64,000 bases of DNA from an uncultured bacterium (GTDB lineage: Bacteria; Zhuqueibacterota; QNDG01; DTFT01): contig CAVTNR010000021.1 in the NCBI GenBank assembly GCA_963736115.1, positions 1 through 64,000 of the forward strand, written 5' to 3'. Shown here in pieces: positions 1 through 11,413 of this stretch. A program made the position numbers and the translations under genes. Every line of letters starts with the position of its first letter. Positions within the stretch are counted from its first letter, which is position 1. Below the pieces are notes generated by a model. It was not told where the DNA came from, did no database searches, and saw only the letters and a list, made by a program, of their open reading frames with translations.

Positions 1-557
1 CAACATATATTTTCCCCTTCTTTCCTCTAAATACTGAACCGATGGAATATCATTTTTTCGTTTTAAGGCTTCTTTTGGAGGTATATCAATAAAAAATGTG
101 TGATGAGGGATGGGAAAAAAAACGTGCAACATCCTTAGTAATTTTATTGTTTTAATATTTCCCAGACCGACAGCAATTGAAATATTGACCACTTGGTCGC
201 CTATATACCGATCGATGATAATTCTTGAATGGAAGAAAAATGTCCAGTTCACTAGCAACCAATAATACATGGTATAATCAATAATCCAGATAAATGCATA
301 TAACTTAGCCAGAAATGGGTGTTTGAATGCAAAGGTTTTCTTTTTTTTGGAGTAGTTGTGATAATTCAAAAAGCTGAATCTTTCTTATATACGAGAAAAT
401 TACTTGCCGTCTTTATTGGAAATGAAAGAATCGGTTTATACCGGGTATATAAATACTTCACAGAATATCCATCAATTTTATATCTGTTTAATATGTTTTT
501 GGCCAGCGTTGTTTTTCCTGATCCATCGATGCCCAACAGATAAATGCACAGCCTCAT
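1..557 (-). CDS. Thymidylate-kinase-like P-loop kinase (one frameshift near 368-372; runs off window edge)
   Basis: ORF 366..557 has the N-terminal P-loop GIDGSGKTT. Adding one base at the A5 run (368-372) continues the frame as ...RIIIDRYIGDQ...FIDIPPKEALKRKND...YLEERRGKY, which contains the dTMP-kinase DRY motif. Confidence 0.75.
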
Positions 558-1587
558 CGATTGCGCTCTAAAGCTTGTGTATAGATCTGAACAAGTTTTT
601 GTTTTACCTTTTCAAGCGAGATTTCATCCCGAAGGTCAGAAGATTTTTTATTGGAGACACCATTTAAAATTGTGTGCGTGAATGATCTCGGTTTCCGTCC
701 CAGTTTATTAAACGGAAACGACTCGTTTGATTTCCTAATAATCGAGAAATCGCGTCTATCTCTCTTGAAATAACCGGTGTACCTATTGCCAAAGCTTCCA
801 GAACTGTAAATGGCATATCAATAGATCCAATCTCACAACTTTCCTTTGGAAAGGAATCATTTTCATGTCCTTTGACTGGGAAAAAGAATATATCGACCGC
901 TGAATAAATTTCCTCTATTTTGTCTATATGTTTTAAAATAACAATTACACCTGCTTTTATCAACCGATGATATAATTCGTAATCGTACTTGAAATGCGAA
1001 CTGCCCACGACAATAAATTGAAACTCATTCGATTTGTTTTCTTTAAGAATCTCAAGTATATCATTTAAATTCCTATTTTTTTTAATGTGTCCGATATGCA
1101 GTATCAACTTTTTATGATCAGGAAAACCATATTTTCTCCTTAATATTTTCTGCTGTATGTTGCTTCTTTTAATTTTATGAATATCAACCGGATTTGGTAA
1201 AAATTTCGTTTTTGCATTTTCCTTATTTAAAATACTCTCCCATTTGAGAGCTTGTGTCAATACTAAATCTGGTTTTAAATATTTGATTATTTTGATCTCA
1301 TTACTTCTGATATAAACTCGGATTGCTGAAACAATAGATACCGGTTTATTTAAATACAGTAATTCAATAATTTTTAATAGTAATAGACTTTTAATTGTTA
1401 ATCCGCATATATAATGTATAATATCCGGTTTGAAGCAAATTGTTTCTCCGTACGTTCTCGGAGAATGAACATCTATACATCGTACTTCGTATTCCTCTAT
1501 CAAAATCTCTTTTATCCTTGTAGAAATTTGTGAAAAGCCTTCATCTTTATTTTCTGAAAATGTTCCAATTAGCAGCACTTTTAACAT
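554..1587 (-). CDS. Glycosyltransferase family 4 (frameshift near 3' end)
   Basis: ORF 664..1587 has GT-B motifs (ILHIGHIKKNRNL, TVLEALAIGTPVI). An alternative frame ...EISLEKVKQKLVQIYTQALERNR* ends at 554 with an ATGA overlap onto the next gene. Confidence 0.8.
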
Positions 1588-1606
1588 TGATATCTTTAAC
1601 CTTCGA

Positions 1607-2470
1607 TTATTCGAATTTTATCGCTTTTTTCTTTCTGGCTCGATCAGCCTTTAATGGTAAGAAATCACCTCTGATCATACATCTTAATCCATACATTTTT
1701 ATTTTGTAAAAGTTCTTCTGAACTGAAGCATATAAATAATTCATCCGTTTGTTTTTAAAAGGTTTTTTCTTGAATTTCCACAAAATATTATATCGTTCAA
1801 TATTTTGCGGATAATTTGCAACTGTCTTGCTTAATTGATGAAGTCTAAATGCAGATAAAGAGTGTCTAATCGTTCCAAAGTTCAATTGATTGTAGCCCAT
1901 TCTCGTGAAGAATTCATAATCCATAAAATATCTTTGCTTTTCATCCAAAAAACCTATTCTTTCAAAAACCGACTTCTTAAAAAAGGACGCAGGTTGTGGA
2001 ATCAAGCATCCAGTATAAAGGCAAATCTTATAATCGTATGGGATGCATCTTTTAACACATAACAAATTTGTCTCTTCATCGACTATTTCCATGTCACCGT
2101 ATACGCAGTCTATTTCGGGATTTTCCAAAAAGAAGGATGCAACTTTTTCAAACGTTCCGGGTAAATAAAAATCATCTGAATTGAGCCAAGTGACTATTTC
2201 TCCGCTTACTTTCCGAAATCCTTTATTAATTGCATGGGTTTGTCCTGAATCAGGTTCAAAGCATAAATATGATAATTTTTCTTTATACCTATTGATGATG
2301 TTTGGCGAATCATCCTCGGAACCACCATCAATGATGATATATTCAATATTGGGATAATTCTGATTAATAACACTTTGAATGGTCTTTTCAATAAATTGTC
2401 CCTCATTGTATGAAGGTGTAACAATTGATATAATCGGCAATTTATCGATTTTACTCGTCTTTATTCCCAT
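1607..2470 (-). CDS. Glycosyltransferase family 2 (WcaE-like)
   Basis: ISIVTPSYN, EYIIIDGGSED, WLNSDD and PQPASFF motifs of GT-A enzymes. Confidence 0.9.
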   Translation of the reverse strand: MGIKTSKIDKLPIISIVTPSYNEGQFIEKTIQSVINQNYPNIEYIIIDGGSEDDSPNIINRYKEKLSYLCFEPDSGQTHAINKGFRKVSGEIVTWLNSDDFYLPGTFEKVASFFLENPEIDCVYGDMEIVDEETNLLCVKRCIPYDYKICLYTGCLIPQPASFFKKSVFERIGFLDEKQRYFMDYEFFTRMGYNQLNFGTIRHSLSAFRLHQLSKTVANYPQNIERYNILWKFKKKPFKNKRMNYLYASVQKNFYKIKMYGLRCMIRGDFLPLKADRARKKKAIKFE

Positions 2471-3282
2471 TGATTTTTATTCATGTTATATTTTATTAAA
2501 TGACTCTTATTGAAAATCTTTTTTATTAGATTGGGCATTTCCCAAATAATTTTATCGAAAGTCATTAGACCGAGATCGATGATATTCGATTCCTGTGCAA
2601 TAATCGATTTATATTCTCTGTTGTATGAAAGAAGGTTTTCAGATAACTGTCCGCCATGCCTTTTAAATCCTCCCAAATAAGCCTGTACGATTGTTAGTTC
2701 TTCTATCCTCGAGAACTGATTCCATAGATAATAATCTCCGGCTAATTTAAATGTTTTTAGTTTCTTCAAATTGATTGCCGAATTTAATGAGGAATGCCAG
2801 AATGTGGATTCTTGCTGAACATGTGGTAATCTTTTATTGTCATAAAAACCGCATTGCATGAATTTTTTTCTGTATCTGAAAGGAAGTCTTACGTTAAGTA
2901 AATAAGATTTTTTATTATAACCAATTGCATATCCAGTTATCCACTTTTTTTTCTTATTTTTATAAATATCATCAATTATTTCAAAGGCACATTTATGGTA
3001 ATAATCTCCTGCATTTATATAACCTATAAAATCACCGGTGACTCGTTCAATGCCTTTTGATAAGGCATCATATAAACCATTATCTTTTTCGCTTATAATT
3101 TGTATTTTATTTCTATACTTTTTAATGTTGTTTAAAGTTCTATCAGTGGATAACCCATCAATAATAATATATTCCAGTTTAACAATTCCTTTAACGATTG
3201 CTGTTTGATTTAGAACCGATTCAATCGTTTCTTCGATGTAATGTTCAGAATTTTTACATGGAGTTAATATTGATATTTTCAT
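2461..3282 (-). CDS. Glycosyltransferase family 2
   Basis: KISILTPCKN, EYIIIDGLSTD, DNGLYDALSKG, YINAGD, QQESTFW. Confidence 0.88.
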   Translation of the reverse strand: MKISILTPCKNSEHYIEETIESVLNQTAIVKGIVKLEYIIIDGLSTDRTLNNIKKYRNKIQIISEKDNGLYDALSKGIERVTGDFIGYINAGDYYHKCAFEIIDDIYKNKKKKWITGYAIGYNKKSYLLNVRLPFRYRKKFMQCGFYDNKRLPHVQQESTFWHSSLNSAINLKKLKTFKLAGDYYLWNQFSRIEELTIVQAYLGGFKRHGGQLSENLLSYNREYKSIIAQESNIIDLGLMTFDKIIWEMPNLIKKIFNKSHLIKYNMNKNQWE

Positions 3283-4657
3283 TATTGTATAGATATTTGG
3301 TTTTTCATAAGCAATAACTTACTCGTTGATAATAATAGAATATATTGTGTGAAATATTGTAAATAATTTATTGGACTTAATCCGTTGAACCATCCTGCAA
3401 TGAAATATACAACCAAATAAATATATATAGCATTTACTATAAAAATCTTTTCATTTAAAATGGATTTATTTTTATATATTTTTAACAAATTGTTTAATAA
3501 TATTATTATAAAATTAATTATTAAGAATATAGACATATATAATCCATAGTAGGACCAGGCATAAACGATGTTATTGTGAATTCCTCCAACGCTTTGATAA
3601 TCAACAAATAATTTATCATTTTTATATCCTCCTCCCCAGAAAGTTGTTAAATTATTTAATAATGTCTTTGTGGCATAAAAAGATTGAAAAACATGTCCAC
3701 TATCCGTATACTCCATTTTATCTGATTTTGAAGTCATTATTCCGGAAAATTTAAAAACACCTAAATATCTATTTAATTTATCTGATATTGCCGGATTAGA
3801 GATTATTTGAGATTGATTTACAATGCTTAACGTAAGTAGTATTGCAAGCCCATAAAATGCTAATCTACTATACTTTCGTATATTATTTTTATTTTTAATG
3901 AAATAAATAAATAATATTAATATATTACATGATAAAACGACCATTACTGAGGTTCTTCTATACGATAAGATTATTATAGACAATAATAATAATGATAATA
4001 GTAAATGTAACTTTCTCTTTTTATACAATATTCCGCAATTAATATTATATTAAAAATTGCACACCATTGTAAAAAATCCCCTTGTGAATTTGTTACTTTT
4101 CTATTAATCCAAATCATACCATTTCCAATAAAATAACTTATGAGTAAATATATAGATCTAATAGATATTATTATTAATCCAATGTTAAACATTTTACTAA
4201 TCAATTTTGAGTATTCGTTTTCAACCATATTAAATAATACAATCATAAATAAAATACCAATTATGAATACTCTTGCTGATCGGTTAAAAATAATTGGGAA
4301 TATCCCAAGCTTATACAAATTGTTTGGATTTATATAACTAATTATTAAAACTACTATTGTTAAAAGTATTAGAAATTTAAACCCTCTATAGTTGTTTTTC
4401 CTTATTATGTTTTTTTTATATATAAAAATTGCACATAGTAACATAACAACTGTTATTTCGAAACCTGTTAAAAATGAATCTGATATTAGATTATTTAAAT
4501 AAAATTGTTGAACTATATTTGTCTCTTCATTTGTAGAAAATGTATCCACTGATCCAAATATTTGTCCTACCCAAAATAATATTACAGTGATATTAACAAA
4601 TAATTTTTCTAAATTATTTTGAATATAACTATTTGATTGAATTATTAATTTACTCAT
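3282..4657 (-). CDS. Wzy/O-antigen polymerase-like multi-TM protein (split by one frameshift near 4020)
   Basis: Two overlapping hydrophobic ORFs (3974..4657 and 3282..4028) with many TM segments, a SYRRT motif and a late GIHNN motif, inside a polysaccharide cluster with wzx. Confidence 0.7.
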
Positions 4658-5805
4658 TTAAATAATACTTTCATAAATCTTCAACGTTTTTTGAGCATTT
4701 ACTTCCCATGAATAGTTAAGTATTTTTTTGTATCCATTATTAATCAATCGATTTCGATTACTATTGTTGTAAATTACAGATTCAGTTGATTTAATTAATT
4801 CCGTATTACTTTCTGGATTGAAATATTCAGCTGCGTTGCCGGCTATCTCCTTAAATATATTTATATTGCTTAATATACAAGGGCATCCATATTTAAATGA
4901 ATCTAAAATTGGCATTCCAAATCCTTCATACAATGATGGATAAATAAAAGCAATGGCATTTTTAAATAAATATTCTATTTCATCATTTCCGCACCAGATA
5001 TGGTAAATCCTTTTACTTATTTTATACTTTTCAAATAAATTTATTTCATTTTGATTGAACTTATTCCCAGTACAAACAATACTAATTGTTGGATCTTTCA
5101 TTAATATGCTTACTATGGACTTTATAAAAACGTAAAATTTTTATACCTTGTCCGGTCTCCGACGAATAATAAATACTTTTCCGGTATATTATTTATACTG
5201 ATTTTAATATTTTTATACATTCTATCAAATCTATCTACGCCATGATAAATAACTTGAATCTTTTTTTCATCTATTCTATAAAATTTCAATAAATCCATTT
5301 TAGTATTTTCCGAACTGTAGTAATTTTATCTGCTTTATAAATTAGTAACTTTTTGTTTTCAATTGTTAAATCAGTTGTATCAAAATATTGTGGGCATTTT
5401 TCTATGAATCATATCGTGATAGTTAGTAGTAAATGGCTTTTTAGATAACTTATTTATAAAATATGTATTATATATGTTGGATGAAAATATGAAAATTATT
5501 ATTTTGTATTTCAGAGATTAATATTTTTTTATTGTATAAAAATATTTCCTGTTTAAAACTTACGATTGCTGACCTTATTAATTTATTCTTATAATTATTT
5601 ACTTTATTAAAATATTTTAACTTTTCTGTATTCTCTCTTTATTAATATATAATTCAATTAAATTTTGATTATCAGAATATTTTATTGGTAGTTCCCAGTC
5701 TAATATATTATCTTTCGATATTATTTCTAATAATTTTGAAAAATATTTAGAAATTCCACCATATTTTTGTATTTCAAAAATTTGATGATCAAACAATATC
5801 TTCAT
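4658..5805 (-). pseudogene. Glycosyltransferase family 4, multiply frameshifted (probably a read-error artefact)
   Basis: N-terminus MKILFDHQIF...GGISKYF (5617..5805), middle PEKYLLFVGDRTRYKNF (about 5130-5190) and C-terminus FIYPSLYEGFGMPILD (4658..5101) lie in different frames. Confidence 0.75.
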
Positions 5806-6612
5806 TTTTTATCTTGTATGCTTTCTAAATCCTTCTTAACATAATAATATTTATCCACTTTATGTATTTTATTGATGATTTTAGTTAACGGCTTTGTTTT
5901 CTTTAAAATATCTTGATAATTTTATTTTGCTGATATACTTTTTTGTCATTAAATGCAAACTACTACCGTTCGAATAAAAAAAACATTTGAAGATTTCCGA
6001 AAGTTTTTCAAGAGAACTTATAGAATAAAACGAAATATGCTGTCCGCTTTCACAGGATAAATACCACCAGTTTTTAACATTTTTCATTTTACATATTTCT
6101 GTAGAAAACAATATCGAATCTGAATAGTTAAACATTTCAGAAATAGCTTCTAATGGATTATCGAGATGTTCAAAAACTTCAAACGCACTTAAAAGTTCGT
6201 ATTTATCAATTTGGTTCTTTCTATCCATACTCCAATACTTGGAAAATAGATTTTCGCAATATTTATCATTCCAGTAGTAATTAAAACCCTTATCTCTCAT
6301 CATTCGCACAAATAATCCGTACCCTCCGGCATAATCTAAAAACACATTCATTTTATTAAAATTTGATTTTATCTACCTTTCTGTTATTTCACTCATTAAT
6401 AAATTTCTTCTTACCAATCCTATATCTTTAAATGAAATACTGTTTTGATATGCTTCTTTTATCCAGAACGGTGTTTCCGTCTGAATAAATAAACATTCGG
6501 TACATTGATAATACTGGACGTCGTATTTATTCAATATTTTTCTGGTAAACATTTTGTTTGTGTTCTCATTGCATATTCTACATTTTGGTTTTAAATCTAG
6601 CAGTTTATTCAT
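5802..6612 (-). CDS. Class I SAM-dependent methyltransferase with N-terminal Cys-pair region (frameshifted)
   Basis: CRIC...CTEC N-terminus (6373..6612), LDYAGGYG SAM motif and FEVFEHL (5881..6351). An alternative-frame tail ends at 5802, overlapping the next ATG. Confidence 0.78.
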
Positions 6613-6615
6613 TCA

Positions 6616-7782
6616 TTACCCAAGTATTTTGACAATCGATTTCCTGATGTTATTTCTATATACATTAACCGAATGATGGTTTTTCGCATATTCCATCGAT
6701 GCTTTGCTTTTTTTAAATAAATCTTCCTTTTTTTCTTTAACTACTCTATTTATCACGCCGGAAATTGTACTTTCTTTCAAATCCTTTAAATGATATCCAT
6801 AATGTCCAATATCAATTCCACAGGCTTCTGGTATTATGGGTATTAAACCACCATTTCCCATTGTAGTTATAACCGAAGGGCTGCTTCCTTCACTGCATGA
6901 GGGGAAAATATTAAATGCACATAATTTCATCAATTCGATGAACTGCATTGAATGAAGATTGATAAAACCATACGTTTTAATATTTTCTGTCTGGTATAAC
7001 TCCCTGAAATATAATTTCTCGAATCTTTTTTCATTTTTTATTGGGCCGCAAACATGGAGTATAATATCTTTTCTCTTTGAAAAAATATCTAATAAGATAT
7101 CCAATCCTTTATGGATCATGCCCGGCCCACCAAACCATAGAAAATTATTCCTTGCCTCATTAAAATTTTTATTCCTCAAATTAATATCATAAACATGAAG
7201 ATATGAGGAATTGATTGTCAATATGTCTTTTTTGAAATGTTTTTGATATGTGTTTTTTGTAAATTGATTCCCCAGTATTATCATCGAGTCCACGAGGGAT
7301 GTCTGTATACTCCATGCTTTATCGACTATTCTTCCAGATTCAGGCAGATAAACTTTCTTTTTGTTATACAATTCAACTATTCTCTTTAATGTTTCAGTAT
7401 TTTGAAATTCGATATGACAACCTGTTCCATAATAGATTTTTTTTGTTGTTATTTTACTTTTTGAATAATAACTTTTACATAAAGGATCTCCAAATCCAAA
7501 CAATACATGGTATTTATCGTATTTTAAATTATTTAATCGACTGTTATAATTAACAACATCAACATTATAATTAAGTTCTTTAAATATTTTAGCAATTTCG
7601 TAACACTCATATAGATTTGTATGATGATATTTTATTTTCTCCATGAATGGATTGATTAAATATATGATTAATACATTTTTGGGAAAGTCTGTTGAAAATA
7701 CATTTTTCAATAATAAATATTTTTGTCGACAATTGATGATTTTAATAGTAATCTTATTAATTGTTTTTATCAATTTAATCAT
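6616..7782 (-). CDS. Glycosyltransferase family 4
   Basis: FLWFGGPGMIHKGLD and FPSCSEG motifs. The likely start is ATG 7782, overlapping the end of wzx. Confidence 0.82.
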   Translation of the reverse strand: MIKLIKTINKITIKIINCRQKYLLLKNVFSTDFPKNVLIIYLINPFMEKIKYHHTNLYECYEIAKIFKELNYNVDVVNYNSRLNNLKYDKYHVLFGFGDPLCKSYYSKSKITTKKIYYGTGCHIEFQNTETLKRIVELYNKKKVYLPESGRIVDKAWSIQTSLVDSMIILGNQFTKNTYQKHFKKDILTINSSYLHVYDINLRNKNFNEARNNFLWFGGPGMIHKGLDILLDIFSKRKDIILHVCGPIKNEKRFEKLYFRELYQTENIKTYGFINLHSMQFIELMKLCAFNIFPSCSEGSSPSVITTMGNGGLIPIIPEACGIDIGHYGYHLKDLKESTISGVINRVVKEKKEDLFKKSKASMEYAKNHHSVNVYRNNIRKSIVKILG

Positions 7783-9161
7783 TCCAAATTCCAATGGCTT
7801 CTCTTTTAACCAATTTTTGAAACTGTAAAAATATGAAAAAGGACTGGAAACCGATGCATATAAATGTAGAAATAATGACACCCTCAGTTCCCATATTGAA
7901 TTTTTTAATTAATAATATTGACAAAGGAATATTAATTATGGATGTAATTACAGATAAAATAAGCATCAGCTTTATTTTACCTATACCGTTGATCAGTGGA
8001 AGATAAATACTGTTTCTCATGTTAATCAGTGCAGTCATTCCCATAAAAAAGGTCAATATTAGCGGTATATGGATATCCTTTCCGACCCATATTTTGTAAC
8101 ACTGATTCGAAAATAGGATCATAATAATTATTATGACGAAAAATATATTCCATATATAATTCAGTTTCTTTACAGTCGAATTTATCCAGTTGAAATCATT
8201 TTTTATGTAAGCTTCTGTATATAGCGGGGATTAAAGGCATGGAAAAAATAGCGAAGACAGTAAATAGCAAATTGAAGTATTTTAATGAGATATTATATAT
8301 TGTCACTTCAGAGGGATTCAGGAATTGAGTGATTATGATATTATCTGATGTAAACAGGATGACATAGGATATTTGAAGAATAAAATATTTTATCCCCATA
8401 CTCATCAATTCTTTTGTATACATTAAATTGATATATTTGATATTAGGTACTAATTTCTTATAATAAAATTTAAATAAAATAATTGTTGCCATAATAACTG
8501 TCGCTGTCTGAACAATCATGAAAATAATTCCGAATTTAAAAATTGAACTTCCCGTTGAATTTATCAGAATTAACAGCAATACTATAAAAAAAACATTTGT
8601 CGTCACTTTTATTAAATCATTGATTGACGTTTTTTGATCCGCGATTAAAATCATATTTATCAAATTAAAAATAAAACCCAATAGAAAGAGGAATACAACA
8701 TAAAAAATTAAAGGGTATATTTCATGGTTTAAATATTTTGGAGAATTCAGAATTAAATCCCATTTTACAAGTGGGTTTATAAAAACAAATCCGATAAACA
8801 AAAATGTGACGATAACAGTAATAATTAGATATGAAGTACTAATATAAATCCTGCTCAGGTGGTAGTTCTTCTCCGCTAACGAAATGGTCAGCTTATTCCT
8901 CAACCCATTCCCCAAACCGATATCAAAAAACACAAACCAATTTAAAAGCGAACTGATTGTCAGCCAAATTCCATATTCCGTCGTATTTAAATATTTTAAA
9001 ATCAAGGGAACTGTCAATATATTGACCGCTATGGAAACGCCTTTTAAAAAGAATGATAAAACAATATTTCTTTTTACTACAATGCTTCTCTTTTGTCCTT
9101 CATCAACAAATCTTTTCTGTCGATTGACGAACTCTAATAATTTGTTTATCAAGTTTTTCAA
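7775..9161 (-). CDS. wzx: Wzx/MATE-like polysaccharide flippase (one frameshift near 8220)
   Basis: YGIWLTISSLLNWFVFFDIGLGNGLRN and SDNIIITQFL motifs, many TM segments. ORFs 8196..9161 and 7775..8122 join through PAYTEAY after removing one base. Confidence 0.85.
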
Positions 9162-9176
9162 TTTCTATTTAATCTA

Positions 9177-9939
9177 TTAAATGTATCTGTTGTATGAAAA
9201 AATCGAAATTGTTTTTTTCATAAAAATCAAATCTATTTGCCAGAAAGACCGGTCATGTTTTCGTAACATGGGTTCCGCTAAATCTATAACACGAAAACCA
9301 AGTTTTTCCATAAGACGTATCATTTCATGAAACCTCAAGGCGTTTGAATTTATTTTAAAATTATAGACCTCCATAATGATGACTTCCGTATTTTTCAGCG
9401 TCCGGGTACTTCCCTCGATGATTTTACGTTCATACCCATGTGTATCAAACTTCAGTAAATAGGGAGGATTCAACTTCATTTTGTCAATAACATGATCCAC
9501 CGTTATGACTTTTATCTTTCTTTGTTCTCCGTCTTTCTCTCCGATCGTACTCCCATCCAGATCATTCGTGACATTTCTAAAACCGCTTTCTTTTCGCCGG
9601 GCGCGCCTATCCCGACCAGATCGAATTGAAAACGGTGATTCCGCGTTGAAATCTCTTCCAACGCATTCTTATGCTCCGCCAGCGGCTCCAAAACGCAAGC
9701 ACATTAGAATTCGGGAATGCCTTCATGGCCATCAATGAAAATTTTCCGTTCGAAGCGCCTATATCAATGATTGTGCCGATCTGAATGTCCTTTTCTTTAA
9801 TTCTCAATAGGGCCTCAAACATGGAAAATCTTTTCACATGATCAGCTTTACAAATTTCTATCCCCAACGGATGAATACAAGAATTAATCACATGGGCAAT
9901 TATTCTAAATAGTCTATTGAATATGTATCGAATTTTCAT
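9177..9939 (-). CDS. FkbM family methyltransferase (frameshifted)
   Basis: IIDIGASNG in 9607..9939; LLKFDTHGYE and WQIDLIF in 9177..9500. Confidence 0.82.
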
Positions 9940-10075
9940 ATTTTATTTTCCGCCAATTTTGTTTCAGGCCATTCAAATAGATTGCCTGCATCGGGTCCGA
10001 TAAAAATATCATTTAACTCAACGGCCATCAGCTGCTATATGATAATATTCAATTTTTTGTGATGTTTTAAATGCT

Positions 10076-11161
10076 TCATGATTTTAAAACCCCCACGATC
10101 CGCCCCGCCACCCCATCATCCCACAGCGCCGGAACCCGGCCGGTCCGAACACCACCGTCCAGCGCCTCCTCCGCCGCCTCGCGGATCGCCTCCCGGTTCA
10201 GCGGCACGAGCCGATTCGTCCCCTCGCGCACCGTGATCGGCCGCTCGGTGTTCTCGCGCAGGGTCAGGCACGGCACGCCGAAAAAAGTGGTTTCCTCCTG
10301 CACACCGCCGGAATCGGTCAAAACGAGCCGGGCCGTCTTCTGCAGGGCGAGAAAGTCCAGGTAACCCATCGGCTCAGTGACGCGGAGGCCGCCTGAGGTC
10401 GAGGCAGGATCGATGCCGAAAGCCTTCATCTGCTTCTGCGTCCGTGGATGGGCCGGAAACACGACCGGGATGCGCTTCGATATCTCCATCACCGCGCCGA
10501 GTATCTCCTTCAGCATGGCCTCGTCATCCACGTTGGAAGGCCGGTGCAGGGTCAGCAGTCCGTATTCGCCGGGTTTCAGACCCAGCCGGGACACGGCGTC
10601 GGACGCCTCGATTTTCGGCATGCATTGGATGATCGATTCGATCATCAGGTTCCCGACCAGGTGGATTTTCGATTCGGGGATGCCTTCGTTCTTCAGATTG
10701 ATGTTTCCATCCTCGCATGTCGTGAACAGAAGGTCGGACAGGTGATCGGTGAGCACCCGATTGATCTCCTCTGGCATGGCCCGGTCGAAACTGCGGAGCC
10801 CGGCCTCGACATGGGCCACGGGAATGCCGAGCTTGACCGAAACCAGGGCGCAGGCGATGGTTGAATTCACGTCTCCGACCACCATGACCAGGTCGGGCCT
10901 GTCCTTGAGGACGGCCTGCTCATAAGCGATCATGATTTTGGAGGTCTGCACTGCGTGGCTTCCGGAGCCGACGCCGAGTGCGATATCCGGATTCGGAAGC
11001 CCGAGATCGCGGAGAAACGCGTCCGACATGGCTGCGTCGTAATGCTGGCCGGTGTGCACGAATACGGGTTTGAATTGATCCGGATGTGCGGACAGGGCCT
11101 TGTGCAGAGGCGCGATTTTCATGAAGTTCGGCCGCGCGCCCGCGATCAGGTGAATTTTCAT
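10076..11161 (-). CDS. wecB: UDP-N-acetylglucosamine 2-epimerase, non-hydrolysing (WecB/WbpI family)
   Basis: GARPNFMK, HTGQHYD, HVEAGLRS, PEEINR, TDSGGVQEE, RENTERP. Confidence 0.95.
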   Translation of the reverse strand: MKIHLIAGARPNFMKIAPLHKALSAHPDQFKPVFVHTGQHYDAAMSDAFLRDLGLPNPDIALGVGSGSHAVQTSKIMIAYEQAVLKDRPDLVMVVGDVNSTIACALVSVKLGIPVAHVEAGLRSFDRAMPEEINRVLTDHLSDLLFTTCEDGNINLKNEGIPESKIHLVGNLMIESIIQCMPKIEASDAVSRLGLKPGEYGLLTLHRPSNVDDEAMLKEILGAVMEISKRIPVVFPAHPRTQKQMKAFGIDPASTSGGLRVTEPMGYLDFLALQKTARLVLTDSGGVQEETTFFGVPCLTLRENTERPITVREGTNRLVPLNREAIREAAEEALDGGVRTGRVPALWDDGVAGRIVGVLKS

Positions 11162-11200
11162 TTGTTCTGGAATGGATTCGCCCTTATGTTTATCTTAATA

Positions 11201-11212
11201 CAAAGCTCCGCC
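11201..11212 (-). promoter_or_regulatory. Candidate ops-like pause/loading site for the NusG-paralog antiterminator
   Basis: Minus strand GGCGGAGCTTTG has the same length and ends as RfaH ops GGCGGTAGnnTG. It lies about 40 nt upstream of the wecB ATG and is preceded by a short hairpin. Confidence 0.35.
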
Positions 11213-11297
11213 CTCTCGGTCCCAAAGCGAGCTGACGGATCGTCCGAATCGATGTGAAAGATGACCGGCCGGATTAATCAGCCGGCCTTAATCCTTA

Positions 11298-11326
11298 ATT
11301 TTAAACAATTTCAGGGAAAAATCCAA
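11298..11326 (-). promoter_or_regulatory. Putative sigma70 promoter upstream of wecB
   Basis: TTGGAT (11326-11321), 17-nt spacer, TAAAAT (11303-11298). Confidence 0.5.
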
Positions 11327-11354
11327 CTCTTTTTTAACGGGACTTTTCCCTGAA
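11310..11354 (-). terminator. 15-bp stem-loop after the wbpBD-like gene
   Basis: Minus strand TTCAGGGAAAAGTCC / GGATTTTTCCCTGAA pair fully with one G-U, followed by a weak U tract (ATTGTTT). Confidence 0.45.
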
Positions 11355-11413
11355 TATTCTCCTCCTTTGAACAAATTTTCGATATTCCAGGCCATTGAAT
11401 AGTGAATACCGAG

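Noticed and set aside
11310-11354. Bacteroides-style invertible promoter between inverted repeats
   Set aside because: Only 23 bp lie between the repeats and no recombinase is nearby. Strand-specific G-U pairing fits an RNA hairpin better.
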